The translations under genes were made by a program, and so were the position numbers. A stretch of 64,000 nt of DNA from Bacilli bacterium (lineage in GTDB: Bacteria; Bacillota_I; Bacilli_A; RF39; UBA660), in the NCBI GenBank assembly GCA_016295795.1, contig JAEDKN010000001.1:6845-70844 (forward strand), written 5' to 3'. The stretch's first letter is position 1. Each line of letters begins with the position of its first letter. Positions 1-10,449 of this stretch are shown in pieces. The notes beneath the pieces are model-generated. The model was not told where the DNA came from, did not search any database, and saw only the letters and a program-made list of their open reading frames with translations.

Positions 1-661
1 ACATTGATCCACTATCACCAGCAAATATTTTAGCAGGATAAAAATTGTGAAGTAAGAATCCCAAAGTTGCTCCTAACATGATAAAAACAATAACAGCTAC
101 CAAACTATCAAGTTTTCCTTGGAAGAAACAAATCACACCAATGGTAATAAAGAAAATTGATGTTATTCCACCACTTAAGCCATCCATTCCATCTATTAAA
201 TTTATTATGTTTATGCAGCCAACTATAAATAGTAGTGTAATTGGATATTTTAATATTCCAAATTCCAAATTATATCCAAACAATGTTGCATTGCTTAATA
301 AAATTTTACCATAAAAAACTATAACACAAGCCGCGGCAATTTGACCTATAAGTTTCTGATAAGATTTTATAGGATTGATATCGTCAATTATACCTAACAT
401 CACTATTATAAAGCTTCCTATTAAAACAGAATTCATTTGAATGCTATTTATTCCAAATAACATATATCCAAATAAAAAGCCTAAAAATATTCCAAGCCCA
501 CCAAGTTTCGGCATAGGTTTTGTATGAATGTGTCTTGTCCTAGGAATATCTATAGCGCCTACATGTTTAGCTATCCTAACCATTAAGGGCATTATTAATG
601 CAGTGAAAACAAAGGTTACTGAAACAATTAACAATATGTAATCTATGTCCTTTCCAAACAT
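1..661 (-). CDS. UDP-GlcNAc:undecaprenyl-phosphate GlcNAc-1-phosphate transferase (TagO/WecA, glycosyltransferase family 4), partial; the C-terminus runs off the window start
   Basis: Minus-strand ATG at 661 with a GGAGTG RBS at 669-674. My hand translation (MFGKDIDYILLIVSV...IDIPRTRHIHTKPMPKLGGLGIF...NLIDGMDGLSGG...) has no stop before position 1. The P-x-R-x-H-x-x-P-x-P-x-LGG and NLIDGMDGL motifs are typical of the WecA/TagO polyprenyl-phosphate N-acetylhexosamine-1-P transferase family. It is absent from the ORF track because it is incomplete. Confidence 0.6.
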   Translation of the reverse strand, partial: MFGKDIDYILLIVSVTFVFTALIMPLMVRIAKHVGAIDIPRTRHIHTKPMPKLGGLGIFLGFLFGYMLFGINSIQMNSVLIGSFIIVMLGIIDDINPIKSYQKLIGQIAAACVIVFYGKILLSNATLFGYNLEFGILKYPITLLFIVGCINIINLIDGMDGLSGGITSIFFITIGVICFFQGKLDSLVAVIVFIMLGATLGFLLHNFYPAKIFAGDSGSM

Positions 662-735
662 TTTAATCACTCCAAATTAATTATAGCACAAATATTTTCC
701 ATGCAAAGAAAAAACTGTCAAAATATTCTAACAGT

Positions 736-1719
736 TTACTTATCTATCAAATCAATATTTGAAAGCAAAATTCCACAGCCTTCTGCTACGCATGTCAATG
801 GGCTTTCTGAAATAAATACTGGAACTTTTAATTCTTGTTCAAACAATTCAGGCATTCCCTTTATTAATGATCCCCCTCCAGTTAACACTATCCCTTTATC
901 CACAATATCTGCGGATAACTCTGGTGGTGTTTTTTCTAATACCTCTTTTGTTTTCTTTACAATCTCCATAGCTAGAGGATATAAGGCCTCCTCAATTTCC
1001 TTTTCACTTATTTCTATAGTATATGGAAGTCCTTTCGTTAAATTTCTTCCTTTTATTTCCATTTTATTATCTTTATCGCCATTAAAAACAGCCCCTAATT
1101 TAAATTTAATATCTTCTGCCGTTCTATCCCCAATTAATAATTTATGCTTGCTTTTTACATAATCAATGATGGCCTGATCAAATGAATTCCCTGCAACTTT
1201 TAATGATTGACTGGTCACAATTCCTCCAAGAGATAAAACTGCAATATCTGTAGTTCCTCCCCCGATATCTATTACCATATTTCCACTAGGTTTTGATATG
1301 TCCATTCCCGCACCAACCGCAGCAACTTTTGGTTCCTCTTCAACAAAAACTTTTTTTGCCCCTATTCTTTCAGCAGCTTCTTTTATAGCATTTTTTTCCA
1401 CAGCAGTTATATTAGACGGACAACAGATTAATATTCTCGGTTTGGCTAAAATCCCTCTTCCTTTAATTCTCTTAATAAAGTGATTTAACATAACCTCAGT
1501 ATATTCAAAATCTGCTATAACACCATCTTTTAATGGTTTTATAGCTTTAACTTTACCAGGAGTTCTACCTAACATTTCGTTTGCTTCACTTCCTATAGCA
1601 AGTACATTGTTTGTTTCTGTATCAATTGCTACAACGCTTGGTTCATTTAATACTATGCCTTCACCTTTTACATATATTAAAACATTTGCTGTTCCTAAAT
1701 CTATTCCTATATCTTTCAT
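736..1719 (-). CDS. mreB: Rod-shape determining actin homologue MreB/Mbl
   Basis: N-terminus IGIDLGTANVLIY and a DIGGGTTDIAV phosphate-2 motif. Its position right after spoIIID matches the B. subtilis spoIIID-mbl arrangement. Confidence 0.9.
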   Translation of the reverse strand: MKDIGIDLGTANVLIYVKGEGIVLNEPSVVAIDTETNNVLAIGSEANEMLGRTPGKVKAIKPLKDGVIADFEYTEVMLNHFIKRIKGRGILAKPRILICCPSNITAVEKNAIKEAAERIGAKKVFVEEEPKVAAVGAGMDISKPSGNMVIDIGGGTTDIAVLSLGGIVTSQSLKVAGNSFDQAIIDYVKSKHKLLIGDRTAEDIKFKLGAVFNGDKDNKMEIKGRNLTKGLPYTIEISEKEIEEALYPLAMEIVKKTKEVLEKTPPELSADIVDKGIVLTGGGSLIKGMPELFEQELKVPVFISESPLTCVAEGCGILLSNIDLIDK

Positions 1720-1733
1720 AGTTTCTCCCTTCT

Positions 1734-1982
1734 CTATAATTTTGCATATTTTTTTCTAGTAGCTTCTCCTCCATTTATATGTCTTAAATCTAGGTGATTA
1801 GCAAAAATATTTGCGATTTGTTTATATAATGCTGTATCTATTTCCAACAATCTTTCGTGAAGATCTTTATGCACGGTGCTTTTACTAACATTATATTTTT
1901 TCGCTGTATCTCTTATATTACAATTTGTATTTATTATATAGTTAGCTTCCTCTAATACTCTATCAATAATATATTTATTCAT
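1734..1982 (-). CDS. spoIIID: Stage III sporulation protein D (SpoIIID), a mother-cell HTH transcription factor
   Basis: An 82-aa protein with the motif KKYNVSKSTVHKDLHERL...HINGGEATRKKY, very close to the B. subtilis SpoIIID HTH and C-terminal basic region. It sits adjacent to mbl. Confidence 0.85.
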   Translation of the reverse strand: MNKYIIDRVLEEANYIINTNCNIRDTAKKYNVSKSTVHKDLHERLLEIDTALYKQIANIFANHLDLRHINGGEATRKKYAKL

Positions 1983-2049
1983 ATATACCCTACTTTCAGT
2001 AAAGTATATAGTCTTTTTTTAATATTATGAATAAAAAAAGGCAGTGCGC

Positions 2050-2691
2050 CTACTGTAGATCTGTTAATTTTTTATTGTAACAATCCTCGGGATTTACTAC
2101 TTGTCCATTAACGTAAATTTCGAAATGTAAGTGATTGCCTAAATCTTTATTTATTTTAGAGTTACCACTCTTACCTATTTTAGTCCCTAGAGTTATAGTA
2201 TCACCTTGTTTTACATTTACTTCACTTAGACTCTGATAAACACTAATTATATTGTTGTCATGTTTGATTTCAACAGTTTTGCCTACTATATCATTATCTT
2301 CGACTTTAATTACTGTCCCATCATATATACTAACGACATCAAAGCTATCCTCAAAAATATAATCAACTCCTGAATTTTGAATATAGCTATTTTCATAGAA
2401 AATAATTGCATTTTGTTGTTCATCACTGCCATCTTTATAATCATAGTAATATTTACCTATTGCAACATCCTTATTAGTAAATGGTTTTACTATAACTTTA
2501 TCTGTAGCTACAACCGGTGTATCGTTAGACCAAATTACACTCGATACATAAGTAATATCTTCTTCTACAGTTTCATCATTTGAATTAGAAAAAGTCATAA
2601 ATGTCGATATTACTAGCATAGCAACCAACATAACATATATTGTTGGCATTACAAATCCCTTTAACTTTCTTTTTTTGTTCATTATTTTCAC
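2050..2691 (-). CDS. Membrane-anchored M23 (LytM) family peptidase, a possible SpoIIQ analogue
   Basis: An N-terminal TM helix followed by a C-terminal M23 domain with an intact HLHFEI motif. The gene neighbours spoIIID, as spoIIQ does in clostridial genomes. Confidence 0.55.
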   Translation of the reverse strand: MKIMNKKRKLKGFVMPTIYVMLVAMLVISTFMTFSNSNDETVEEDITYVSSVIWSNDTPVVATDKVIVKPFTNKDVAIGKYYYDYKDGSDEQQNAIIFYENSYIQNSGVDYIFEDSFDVVSIYDGTVIKVEDNDIVGKTVEIKHDNNIISVYQSLSEVNVKQGDTITLGTKIGKSGNSKINKDLGNHLHFEIYVNGQVVNPEDCYNKKLTDLQ

Positions 2692-2736
2692 CTCATTATC
2701 ATTCTTAACAATAAGGTTTATTTTTATACAAAAAAA

Positions 2737-2958
2737 TTATATTATTTTCGATGAGATAAAAAAATCATATACAAAATTACTTACCAAATATATAAGCGCT
2801 AATCCTAATATAAGATAAAATATTCTAGCTTGAAAAACTCTTCCTTTTTTAAAAATCTGATTTATATTAACTGCTTCCATTGACCATACTACTAATATAG
2901 AAACAAAAATATAGATAAAAAATTTAACACTCATTATGCTTTCCTTCTTCATATTCAT
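2737..2958 (-). CDS. Small hypothetical membrane protein
   Basis: A 73-aa ORF with two hydrophobic segments. It overlaps the 3' end of rpiB and is otherwise unsupported. Confidence 0.25.
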   Translation of the reverse strand: MNMKKESIMSVKFFIYIFVSILVVWSMEAVNINQIFKKGRVFQARIFYLILGLALIYLVSNFVYDFFISSKII

Positions 2959-3379
2959 TTATTTGCTTAATTCTTCTTATATGCTTTTCAAGATTTGAAA
3001 AATCTGTGGATAAAAATTTATCAACAATATCTTTTGCTCTGAATTTTGGCATAGTCCCATTTAACGCTAAAATGTTAGCATCATTATCAAATCTAGTTAA
3101 ATAAGCCTCTTTTACATTATCTACTTTAGCACAACGAATACCCTTTACTTTGTTACATGCAATACTAATTCCTATACCACTACCACATATTGCAATACCA
3201 AAATCGACTTCTTTTGATACAACTGCATTTGATAATTCAAAAGCAAACTTAGGATAATCAACGGACTCAGTCGATTGAGTTCCATAATCTATAATTTCTA
3301 TCTTTTTATTTTTTAAATATTTTATAATCTCCTGTTTCAAATTATATCCTCTATGATCGCTAGCAATTCCTATTTTCAT
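2924..3379 (-). CDS. rpiB: Ribose-5-phosphate isomerase B (RpiB/LacAB family)
   Basis: MKIGIASDHRGYNLK...ICGSGIGISIACNKVKGIRCA. I trimmed the start to the internal ATG at 3379, which is preceded by an AGAGGTG RBS. Confidence 0.85.
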   Translation of the reverse strand: MKIGIASDHRGYNLKQEIIKYLKNKKIEIIDYGTQSTESVDYPKFAFELSNAVVSKEVDFGIAICGSGIGISIACNKVKGIRCAKVDNVKEAYLTRFDNDANILALNGTMPKFRAKDIVDKFLSTDFSNLEKHIRRIKQINEYEEGKHNEC

Positions 3380-3448
3380 AATTACACCTCTATTATTATT
3401 ATACATCTCTAAATTTTTTTTATCAAACAAAAAAATAAAGCCTACTCA

Positions 3449-3673
3449 TTATTCAGCTTTATTTTCTTCTTGATTAGAAAATCCATATTTTCTATTAAAC
3501 TTATCTACAGTTCCTGCATGTGAAGCTCTGCTTTGTTTTCCTGTATAGAATGGATGACATTTTGAACAAACTTCTACATGAAATTCATCTTTTGTAGATT
3601 TTGCAGTAAATTCTGCACCACAAGCGCAAATATATTTAGTATCTTTATATTCTGGATGAATACCTGCTTTCAT
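3449..3673 (-). CDS. rpmE: 50S ribosomal protein L31
   Basis: [22 protein letters not shown]...[13 protein letters not shown] set the start at the ATG at 3673, which follows a GGAGGAAGAG RBS; the longer ORF-track start is unlikely. Confidence 0.9.
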   Translation of the reverse strand: MKAGIHPEYKDTKYICACGAEFTAKSTKDEFHVEVCSKCHPFYTGKQSRASHAGTVDKFNRKYGFSNQEENKAE

Positions 3674-3772
3674 TCTATCTCTCCTTCCGCCATGACTAAA
3701 TTTAGTCATAGTAATAATTGCTAATATAGTATATCAGTAATTTTTCCTTTTTGCAAATATTTTTTTACTTTC

Positions 3773-4537
3773 TTATTTTACGATATTTTTATCTAATACT
3801 TCTTTTACCCGATTAAAAATTTCATTATAACCAAATACATTTGGATGTTTATCTAGTGGATTAGGTAAATAATCAGTTCTATTATCAAAATATTGGAACA
3901 CATCTACAAAATAGACATTATTTTTTTCACATATTTTACTACATTCATCATTCCAATATTTTACTAATTCATCTATATCATCTTTATAAATTTGTTCATA
4001 TGGAAATGGATTATAATAGCCAATTACTATAATACTTCCTTTTGCATATTTCTTTATTAATACTAACAAATCATCAAATTCCAAGCTTATTCTATCTATT
4101 TTATTTTTTAAATAAGATTTATCTTTTAGCTTAATCGATAGATTGTCTACTGTTACTCCGTCGAAAAAGTCATTTGTTCCTATAGATAGAGTAATTAAAT
4201 CGGACTCACGCAAAGTACTTTTAATATTGATATGGGAATCATTATGTATAATACTCTTATTATTATTTATATCATTTGCTAAATCGGAAATTTTATAATC
4301 GCTTGTTGCATATTCCTTTATGTAATTAGCCAGTAGATTATTTTTAGACAAATAATCAGCAATATAATCTGTGTATCCATATCCAATTTCACCATAGGGA
4401 TTCATTCCTTCTGCAGTGGAATCTCCTAAAGCCACATAATTTATCTTTGGATTAAAAGCAATCTTATAGATAACAAAAATTGCTAAAACAACACAAATAT
4501 AAAATAGTATTTTTTTTAACCTCATAGTCATCTCCAA
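3773..4537 (-). CDS. SGNH/GDSL family lipase or acylhydrolase, secreted or membrane-anchored
   Basis: An N-terminal hydrophobic signal or anchor, a GDS(T) block (VALGDSTAEG), and a distal DxxH-like region. Confidence 0.6.
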   Translation of the reverse strand: MEMTMRLKKILFYICVVLAIFVIYKIAFNPKINYVALGDSTAEGMNPYGEIGYGYTDYIADYLSKNNLLANYIKEYATSDYKISDLANDINNNKSIIHNDSHINIKSTLRESDLITLSIGTNDFFDGVTVDNLSIKLKDKSYLKNKIDRISLEFDDLLVLIKKYAKGSIIVIGYYNPFPYEQIYKDDIDELVKYWNDECSKICEKNNVYFVDVFQYFDNRTDYLPNPLDKHPNVFGYNEIFNRVKEVLDKNIVK

Positions 4538-4563
4538 AAAAAAAGAATAATAATACTATTAAA

Positions 4564-5823
4564 CTATATTTCTATTATTCTTATTTTAGCACCTATATCA
4601 CTAAGTTTTTCTACAATACTTTCATATCCTCTTAAAATATGTTCGGCATTAGTAATAATCGTCTCTTCCCCAGATTCAGCTATCAAAGCCGCACAGACCA
4701 TTGCTGCTCCTGCACGCAAATCTGTTGCGGTTACAGTGCTTCCACTAAGTTTCGTTGGACCATATACAGTTGCCTTTGTTCCGCTCACCTTTATATTTGC
4801 TCCCATTTTTTCCAACTCTGGAACATGCATAAATCTATTTTCATATATTGTCTCCTCAATCGTTGATTTTCCGTTGCATTGAGTGAGTAACACTGAAAAA
4901 GGTTGTTGCAAATCTGTAGGAAATCCTGGAAAAACCAATGTTTTAATATTTACTGGTTTATAACTTTGAGGTTTTTTTATAATCACATAATCCATTCCCA
5001 TTTCTATTGGAACCCCAATTTCAGCAAGTTTAGAAGTTAGTGCTTCTAAATGTTCTGGAATTATATTATCTATTTTCACATTATTTCCAGCTAAAGCTGC
5101 GATAATCATATAAGTTCCTGCTTCTATTCTATCTGGTATAACCTCATGAAAACATCCATTTAACTTGTCTACTCCCTTAATACGAATTTCACTAGTACCT
5201 GCTCCTGTTATTCTTGCGCCCATATTATTTAGAAAAGTTGCAACATTTACTATTTCAGGTTCTTTAGCAGCATTATCTATTATCGTAGTTCCTTTAGCTT
5301 TTACTGCAGCTAGCATAATATTAATAGTTGCTCCGACTGATGCTATATCCAAGTATATATTTGCACCTTTTAGCTCCTCAGCATCAACGATATAAACATT
5401 GTCATTTTGAGTTATTTTAGCACCTAACGCTTCGAATCCCTTTAAATGTAAATTTATAGGACGTGCCCCAATTGAACATCCACCTGGAAATGACATTTCT
5501 ACATGCTTATATTTTCCTAGCAACGCTCCCATAAAATAATAGGAAGCTCTTAATTTTTGTGCCATATTAGTTGGAATTGGACGATTGATTGATGTTTTTG
5601 GATCTATAACAATACTTTCACTGGCTCTTTTAACGTCGGCCTTTAAATACTCTAATATGTCACTTAAAGCATCAATATCTGTTATCTCTGGAACATTACA
5701 TATAGTTACAACATCATCTGATAAAATTGCAGCTGGAATTAATGCAACTGAACTGTTCTTTGCACCACTTATCCTAATTGTTCCTTTTAGCTCTTTTCCA
5801 CCTTGAATTTTTAATGCTTTCAT
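4564..5823 (-). CDS. murA: UDP-N-acetylglucosamine 1-carboxyvinyltransferase
   Basis: MKALKIQGGKELKGTIRISGAKNSSVALIPAAIL, full length at 419 aa. This is the canonical MurA N-terminus, with the catalytic Cys region PGGCSIGARP. Confidence 0.92.
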   Translation of the reverse strand: MKALKIQGGKELKGTIRISGAKNSSVALIPAAILSDDVVTICNVPEITDIDALSDILEYLKADVKRASESIVIDPKTSINRPIPTNMAQKLRASYYFMGALLGKYKHVEMSFPGGCSIGARPINLHLKGFEALGAKITQNDNVYIVDAEELKGANIYLDIASVGATINIMLAAVKAKGTTIIDNAAKEPEIVNVATFLNNMGARITGAGTSEIRIKGVDKLNGCFHEVIPDRIEAGTYMIIAALAGNNVKIDNIIPEHLEALTSKLAEIGVPIEMGMDYVIIKKPQSYKPVNIKTLVFPGFPTDLQQPFSVLLTQCNGKSTIEETIYENRFMHVPELEKMGANIKVSGTKATVYGPTKLSGSTVTATDLRAGAAMVCAALIAESGEETIITNAEHILRGYESIVEKLSDIGAKIRIIEI

Positions 5824-5868
5824 AATACCTCCACCACTATATTTTATTACAAATGCCCAAATGATTGC

Positions 5869-6720
5869 CTATTTATTTGACAATATTCTAATTTTTTCTC
5901 TAACTATTTGTTTAATGTTTTTTTCGCCACTGGAGATTATTTTCCTTGGATCATAGATATTTTCATTTGAATTCATAAAATCCTTAATCCCTTTAGTCCA
6001 TGCTATTTGAAGTTCTGTATTAAAATTTATTTTACAAATACCACAAGTTATTGCCTTTTTTAAGTCACTTTCGCAAATTCCAGTTCCACCATGTAAAACT
6101 AATGGTATATTTAATTTTTGATTTAATTGTTTCATAGTAGAAAAATCCAAATTTGGTTCTCCATTATATAATCCATGAACGCTTCCAAGTGCTGGAGCCA
6201 GAAAGTCAATCCCAGTTTTAGTTACCAAAAGAATACACTCCTCTAGACTTGCATTGTACTTTTCATCATATAAATTATCTTCTGTTCCACTTATTCTACC
6301 TATTTCTGCTTCGACTGTTACTCCTTTAGAATGTGCATAATCTACAACTTCTTTTGTAAGTTTTATATTATCCTCTATAGGATATTTTGAAGCGTCTATC
6401 ATTATAGATGTAAAACCTGCATCTACAGCCTTCTTACAACTTTCAAATGTAGAACCATGATCTAAATGAAGACAAACATTAATATTTATCCCCAAATCTT
6501 TTACCAAAGAATCAACTATAGAAAAAACAACATTATACCCTCCCATATATTTTATAGCGCCTTCACTTACGCCCAAAATTATATCAGTCTCCAATTCTTG
6601 TGCTTCCTCTAAAATATATTTGGTCCATTCTAGATTGTTTATATTAAATTGCGCTACTGCATATTTGCCTTTTTTAGCATCTTTCAACATTTTTTCTGCA
6701 TTAACTAACATATAATACAT
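5869..6720 (-). CDS. fba: Class II fructose-bisphosphate aldolase
   Basis: At 283 aa it fits class II FBA/tagatose-bisphosphate aldolase length. Motifs include KYAVAQFNINNLEW, HLDHGS and GGTG. Confidence 0.85.
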   Translation of the reverse strand: MYYMLVNAEKMLKDAKKGKYAVAQFNINNLEWTKYILEEAQELETDIILGVSEGAIKYMGGYNVVFSIVDSLVKDLGININVCLHLDHGSTFESCKKAVDAGFTSIMIDASKYPIEDNIKLTKEVVDYAHSKGVTVEAEIGRISGTEDNLYDEKYNASLEECILLVTKTGIDFLAPALGSVHGLYNGEPNLDFSTMKQLNQKLNIPLVLHGGTGICESDLKKAITCGICKINFNTELQIAWTKGIKDFMNSNENIYDPRKIISSGEKNIKQIVREKIRILSNK

Positions 6721-6782
6721 CTCCTATTTAATTCTAACAGTTAAAATCATGTTAGTCAACAAATTACTCCTTGCGTTTGAAA

Positions 6783-7316
6783 TCAAAAAATATACATAAA
6801 ACCTAGAACTCCTAAAATTACAGCTCCTAAGAATGTTGCTTTATTTCCAAATTTATTGTTTAAACCCTTTCCAAATTTAAGGCCTAAGAACGTAAATATA
6901 AAACTAGTTATGGAAAACATAAAATATGCTGAAAGCGGGTATTGTGTAATCATGGATATCCCTATACCAACAGAAAAACTATCCAAACTAACGGTAAATC
7001 CAAAAATAAAAAATGCAATTAATTTTGTTAAATCCATCACTTCTTCCTTTTGTAAAATCATCTGCATCGCAATTAAAATAAAGATAGAACCAACTACTAT
7101 ATCAGGATTGAATGGTAATTTGCTTAAAAGTTGGCTTCCTATCATATTCCCCAACAACGGCATAAAAAAATGGAACATTCCTACTATTATACTCAAAAGA
7201 TAAATCTTCTTTTTTTCTAAATTCAAAGTCCCATATATTATAGATAAGGAAAAAGTATCCATACTTAAACTAATTGCAATTAAAAATAAAGTCAAAAACT
7301 CCAACATATTTATCAC
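6783..7316 (-). CDS. mntP: Putative manganese efflux pump MntP (DUF204 duplicated)
   Basis: A 177-aa polytopic membrane protein carrying two LSxDxFS repeats, LSMDTFSLS and SLDSFSVGIG. Confidence 0.65.
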   Translation of the reverse strand: MINMLEFLTLFLIAISLSMDTFSLSIIYGTLNLEKKKIYLLSIIVGMFHFFMPLLGNMIGSQLLSKLPFNPDIVVGSIFILIAMQMILQKEEVMDLTKLIAFFIFGFTVSLDSFSVGIGISMITQYPLSAYFMFSITSFIFTFLGLKFGKGLNNKFGNKATFLGAVILGVLGFMYIF

Positions 7317-7351
7317 CTGATAAATAATACTATACCAAATGACAAATAATT

Positions 7352-7882
7352 CTAAAAATATTTATCTATTATTTCCTTGATAAAAGATTTATATTCAACT
7401 TCTTCTATTTTTTCTTCATCTTCCTCCATCAAACATAACGGTGGAAAAAGAACACACCACCAATTATCTCCCTCTGCTTCTCCTAGAGTAATTACTAAGG
7501 ACTCATAAAATCCCTCATTATAGGTAATACCTTTATATTTTTTTTCAGGAAAATAGTTATATCCATAATTAACCTGAAATTTATTACTTGTTTTATTTTT
7601 TTCCATAACTTTTTCAACTGTGTATTTGACATTCCCAAGATTTTGATTTAGTATTTCCCTTACTTCTTCAATGCTATTAGCTTCTTTTAACATTTCCGAC
7701 AATTGAAGTTGAATAGACTTTCTTACATTTTGTTTTAATTTTTGATCCTCTTTCGAATTGCTGGATGCAATTACTCTTATTCTGATAGAGTCATTTGGGA
7801 TAATAATTTCTTCTTTTGAATTGTTATTACTCAAAATTATGACAGTTATAATAGCCATTATTATCAATAAAACTTTTTTCAT
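7352..7882 (-). CDS. spoIIR: Stage II sporulation protein R (SpoIIR)
   Basis: A signal peptide, then IRIRVIASSNSKEDQKLKQNVRKSI, and a C-terminal GDNWWCVLFPPLC block. These are the SpoIIR hallmarks, and the gene sits next to prmC-prfA as in B. subtilis. Confidence 0.8.
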   Translation of the reverse strand: MKKVLLIIMAIITVIILSNNNSKEEIIIPNDSIRIRVIASSNSKEDQKLKQNVRKSIQLQLSEMLKEANSIEEVREILNQNLGNVKYTVEKVMEKNKTSNKFQVNYGYNYFPEKKYKGITYNEGFYESLVITLGEAEGDNWWCVLFPPLCLMEEDEEKIEEVEYKSFIKEIIDKYF

Positions 7883-7950
7883 TTATATCACCTATTAAAT
7901 AATGAGACTATTTATATTTTTTTATACAAAAAGAGCATACGCTCTTTAAA

Positions 7951-8772
7951 CTATTTATTTCTATAAACAAATATTATTCTATCTCTTGAAGACATATCCT
8001 TAAAAGTTTCTATTTTTACATTTTCCATTTTATCATTAATTAGTTTTATAATATCATTCTTTTGTCTGTGTCCTATTTCTAATGCGATTAGAAAATTCTC
8101 CTTTATAACTGAGTTAACTTTATCAAATATCTTTCTATAGCAATCCAGCCCATCATTACCTGCATATAAGGCCAAATGAGGTTCATTATTTTTTACAATA
8201 TCTTCTATTTCTTCATTTGTTGCAATATAAGGAGGATTACTAACGATAACATCAAATTTTTCATTTATATTATCAAGCATATCACCCTTTTGAACTCTAA
8301 TATTTGCTCCTAATTTTTTTGCATTTTTTTTTGTAATTTTTAATGCCTCTTCACTTATATCTAAACAAGTAACTTCAAGCCTAGGAACTTCTTTATATAA
8401 GGTGATTCCAATCACTCCACTACCACAACCTAGATCTATAACCTTAAGATCACCTTTTAAATTTTTTTTAATGAAGTTGATAACATTATATACAAGTTCT
8501 TCTGTTTCAAATCTTGGTATTAGAACTTCCTCATTTATATCAAATTCATACCCATAAAAATCAACGTTTCCTACTATGTATTGAAGTGGCTTATGATGTA
8601 GAAGTTTCTCTATATATTCTCTATATTTATTTTCTTTATCACTCGTTACCTCTTCGTCTAAATGATTTAATAATTCTAAGGTATTATATCCCAGAACGCT
8701 TGCTAAAAGTTGCTTTGTTTCATTCTGCTTGATATACTTGTTTCCCTCGATAAGCAATTGTTCAACCTTCAT
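7951..8772 (-). CDS. prmC: Release factor glutamine N5-methyltransferase PrmC (HemK)
   Basis: DLGCGSGVIG SAM-binding motif and an NPPY catalytic motif. The gene is immediately downstream of prfA with a 1-nt overlap. Confidence 0.9.
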   Translation of the reverse strand: MKVEQLLIEGNKYIKQNETKQLLASVLGYNTLELLNHLDEEVTSDKENKYREYIEKLLHHKPLQYIVGNVDFYGYEFDINEEVLIPRFETEELVYNVINFIKKNLKGDLKVIDLGCGSGVIGITLYKEVPRLEVTCLDISEEALKITKKNAKKLGANIRVQKGDMLDNINEKFDVIVSNPPYIATNEEIEDIVKNNEPHLALYAGNDGLDCYRKIFDKVNSVIKENFLIALEIGHRQKNDIIKLINDKMENVKIETFKDMSSRDRIIFVYRNK

Positions 8773-9827
8773 TAATTCTCCTCTAATTTTCGTTTTTGAT
8801 CCTCAGTTATTAGTGCTTCTATTATAGGCTCAAGATCTCCTTCCATAACTCTATCTAGTTGCATTATAGTAAATCCAATACGATGATCTGTAATTCTATT
8901 TTGTGGATAATTATAAGTTCGTATTTTTTCAGATCTATCTCCTGTTCCTATTTTATTTCTTCGTTCTGTTCCCAGCTCTTCCTCCTGAGCTCTTAAAGTT
9001 TCTTCATATATTCTAGCTTTTAAAACTTTTAATGCTTGTTCCCTATTTTGAATTTGACTTCTTTCGTTTTGACAAGTTACAACAATTCCTGTGGGTATGT
9101 GTGTCATTCTAACTGCTGAATCTGTCGTATTAACACCTTGTCCACCACATCCACTACTTCTATATATATCAACTCTAATATCGCTTTGTTTTATTTCAAT
9201 ATCTATATCCTCAACTTCTGGCATAACCAAAACAGTAGCAGTAGACGTATGAATTCTACCTTGGGTTTCAGTTACAGGAACTCTTTGAACGCGATGGGCT
9301 CCGCTTTCATATTTTAATTTAGAATAAACGTTCTTTCCTTTTACTAGAAAACTTATTAGAGAAAAGCCCCCTCCTTCTGAGTATTCCTCAGACATAACCT
9401 CTACTTTCCAATTTTGCTTTTCTGCATATTTGAGATACATTCTATATAAGTCTCCTGCAAAGATGTTGGCTTCGTCTCCTCCTGCAGCTCCCCTTATCTC
9501 AACAATAACATTTTTCCCATCATTAGGATCCTTTGGAATTAATAATAATTCTAATTTCTTTTCTATTTCTATTTTTTCATTTTCTAAGGTTTCTAATTCT
9601 TCTTTAGCTATCTCACCTAATTCTGGATCCTTAATCATTTCTCTTGATTCATCTATACCAGACAACACTTTTAAATATTGATTATAACATTGAACCGTCT
9701 CTTCTAAATCAGACATTTCTTTTGAAATTTCTGTAGTTAACTTTATATTAGACAAATTATTTGGATCTAAAAGTTGATTATTCAATTCTTCATATCTTTT
9801 CTTTATAATCTCTAATCTTTCAATCAT
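8772..9827 (-). CDS. prfA: Peptide chain release factor 1
   Basis: [19 protein letters not shown] motif and a PVT-type codon recognition region ([17 protein letters not shown]). Confidence 0.95.
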   Translation of the reverse strand: MIERLEIIKKRYEELNNQLLDPNNLSNIKLTTEISKEMSDLEETVQCYNQYLKVLSGIDESREMIKDPELGEIAKEELETLENEKIEIEKKLELLLIPKDPNDGKNVIVEIRGAAGGDEANIFAGDLYRMYLKYAEKQNWKVEVMSEEYSEGGGFSLISFLVKGKNVYSKLKYESGAHRVQRVPVTETQGRIHTSTATVLVMPEVEDIDIEIKQSDIRVDIYRSSGCGGQGVNTTDSAVRMTHIPTGIVVTCQNERSQIQNREQALKVLKARIYEETLRAQEEELGTERRNKIGTGDRSEKIRTYNYPQNRITDHRIGFTIMQLDRVMEGDLEPIIEALITEDQKRKLEEN

Positions 9828-9899
9828 GAGTTATCCACCCTTTCACATAAATATTATATCATATTAAAAATATATTACCAAAAAATAGACTTAAAAAGT

Positions 9900-10346
9900 C
9901 TATTCTTCTATTTCAAGTTCGTCTTCATCAAGAATAACTAAATCTTTAAGATCATCATCTGAATCATCAAAATCATCTTCATCAGTATCCAAATCATAAT
10001 CATTTTCTTCTTCATAATCGTCCTTTGACTTAGCAACAGAATCTTCGTTGTCAATTTCATCATCATCATCAACAACAGTTACTACTTTATCAGAGGTATG
10101 CCTTGTTCTTAAATCCCAATTTCCATCCTCTAATAAAACAAATCTTTTATCTGTTGTTAACATTGTATAATAATCCCCTATTTTGTTATCAAACACATTA
10201 CTAGGTAATTCCAACATTTCAACTATCTTTCTAAATAAATTAGCAGTATTATCACTACCATATTCTTCCAATAATAAATTTGTAATGTCTTTATATGATA
10301 ATAATTCTAATTCGTCTTTTTTCATGTTTTTTATACTCATATACAT
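9900..10346 (-). CDS. rpoE: DNA-directed RNA polymerase delta subunit
   Basis: An N-terminal HARE-HTH-like domain (ELLSYKDITNLLLEE...) followed by a long poly-acidic D/E tail. This architecture is diagnostic of RpoE delta. Confidence 0.8.
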   Translation of the reverse strand: MYMSIKNMKKDELELLSYKDITNLLLEEYGSDNTANLFRKIVEMLELPSNVFDNKIGDYYTMLTTDKRFVLLEDGNWDLRTRHTSDKVVTVVDDDDEIDNEDSVAKSKDDYEEENDYDLDTDEDDFDDSDDDLKDLVILDEDELEIEE

Positions 10347-10449
10347 CCTCCTACGATTAACATTATATGCTTAATATTAAAATATTGACATGACTATCAA
10401 ATCATATACTTTTATATCATCATTTTAATACAAAAGCAATATTTTTTTA

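Noticed and set aside
78-314. ORF-track ORF of 78 aa on the plus strand
   Set aside because: It lies antisense, fully inside the minus-strand TagO/WecA-like gene (1..661), which has a strong RBS and conserved motifs. The ORF is low-complexity with no RBS, and is spurious.
701-1162. A 153-aa plus-strand ORF, and similar plus and minus shadow ORFs (e.g. 1298..1483, 2377..2583, 4639..4866, 5165..5395, 6856..7203, 11975..12253, 32137..32586, 33273..34334, 51874..52176)
   Set aside because: All lie antisense within well-supported conserved genes (mreB, the M23 peptidase, murA, mntP, PBP, ychF, abgT, gyrA). They are typical AT-rich shadow ORFs with no RBS or motif support.
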